A stretch of DNA of 36,061 nt from Planctomycetota bacterium (GTDB lineage: Bacteria; Planctomycetota; UBA1135; UBA2386). The notes below the pieces were generated by a model that saw only the letters and a program-made list of their open reading frames with translations, had not been told where the DNA came from and did not search any database. Each line of letters opens with the position of its first letter. Positions within the stretch are counted from its first letter, which is position 1. Below are positions 35,751 through 36,061 of this stretch, piece by piece. A program made the position numbers and the translations under genes. The stretch spans positions 1-36,061 of the forward strand of contig CANMWZ010000043.1 in assembly GCA_947501605.1 (NCBI GenBank), read 5' to 3'.

Positions 35751-36061
35751 TGCCGGGCCTCGAGCCGTTCGCGCAGGCGCGTTCGCGCGCGCGAGAGCCG
35801 CTGCTCGGCGGCATTGCGGGCGAGGCCGAGGAGGGCGGCGACCTCGGCGAGCGGGCGCCCTTCGAGGTAGTGGAGCACGAGCACTTCGCGGTCCTGGTGG
35901 CGAAGGGTGTGCATCGCGCGCTGCATGGCGGTGACTTCGTCGGTGTGCTCGGCGGGGCAGGCGGGGGTGTGGTGGGCGGGCTCTTCGGTGGCGAACCAGG
36001 AGGTGAGGTTTCGGCGAACGCGCGCCCAGCGGGCGTGGTTGTGCACGCGGCGGATGGCGAT
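35747..36061 (-). CDS. ECF sigma factor, C-terminal part (truncated by window edge)
   Basis: IAIRRVHNHAR (end of region 2) and LRHQDREVLVLHYLEGRPLAEVAALLG...EQRLSRAR (region 4). Confidence 0.85.
   Translation of the reverse strand: MAIRRVHNHARWARVRRNLTSWFATEEPAHHTPACPAEHTDEVTAMQRAMHTLRHQDREVLVLHYLEGRPLAEVAALLGLARNAAEQRLSRARTRLRERLEARQ

Overview
High-GC bacterial chromosomal window with about 30 genes. The gene content suggests a Planctomycetota-like organism (ECF sigma factor with a long membrane-anchored extension, large secreted proteins); this is inference only. Left to right: a HigBA-type toxin-antitoxin pair with a perfect palindromic operator next to a short integrase/transposase remnant; rlmD; a class A-like serine hydrolase; a secreted protein ending in a GspG-like pseudopilin domain followed by an SbcD/SbcC-like pair; an NTF2-like lipoprotein; two large secreted proteins (one an S8 subtilase) with similar C-terminal domains; a 3x36-bp tandem repeat; a two-gene operon of a fused alpha-beta ThDP 2-oxoacid dehydrogenase E1 and an atypical FabD-like acyltransferase with no E2/E3; a one-component ECF sigma factor; GT87; a DUF2490-like barrel; AlkB; a DinB-family protein; a CPA2 antiporter with an EEP hydrolase; an alpha/beta hydrolase lipoprotein; zwf-opcA; and a truncated ECF/anti-sigma/coiled-coil operon. 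The strongest candidates for undescribed biology are the E2-less E1 plus acyltransferase module, a possible C-terminal sorting domain on secreted proteins, the orphan C-terminal pseudopilin fusion and a window-wide leaderless-promoter signature. No rRNA, tRNA or true CRISPR array was seen. All family calls come from reading motifs by eye; no database searches were run.
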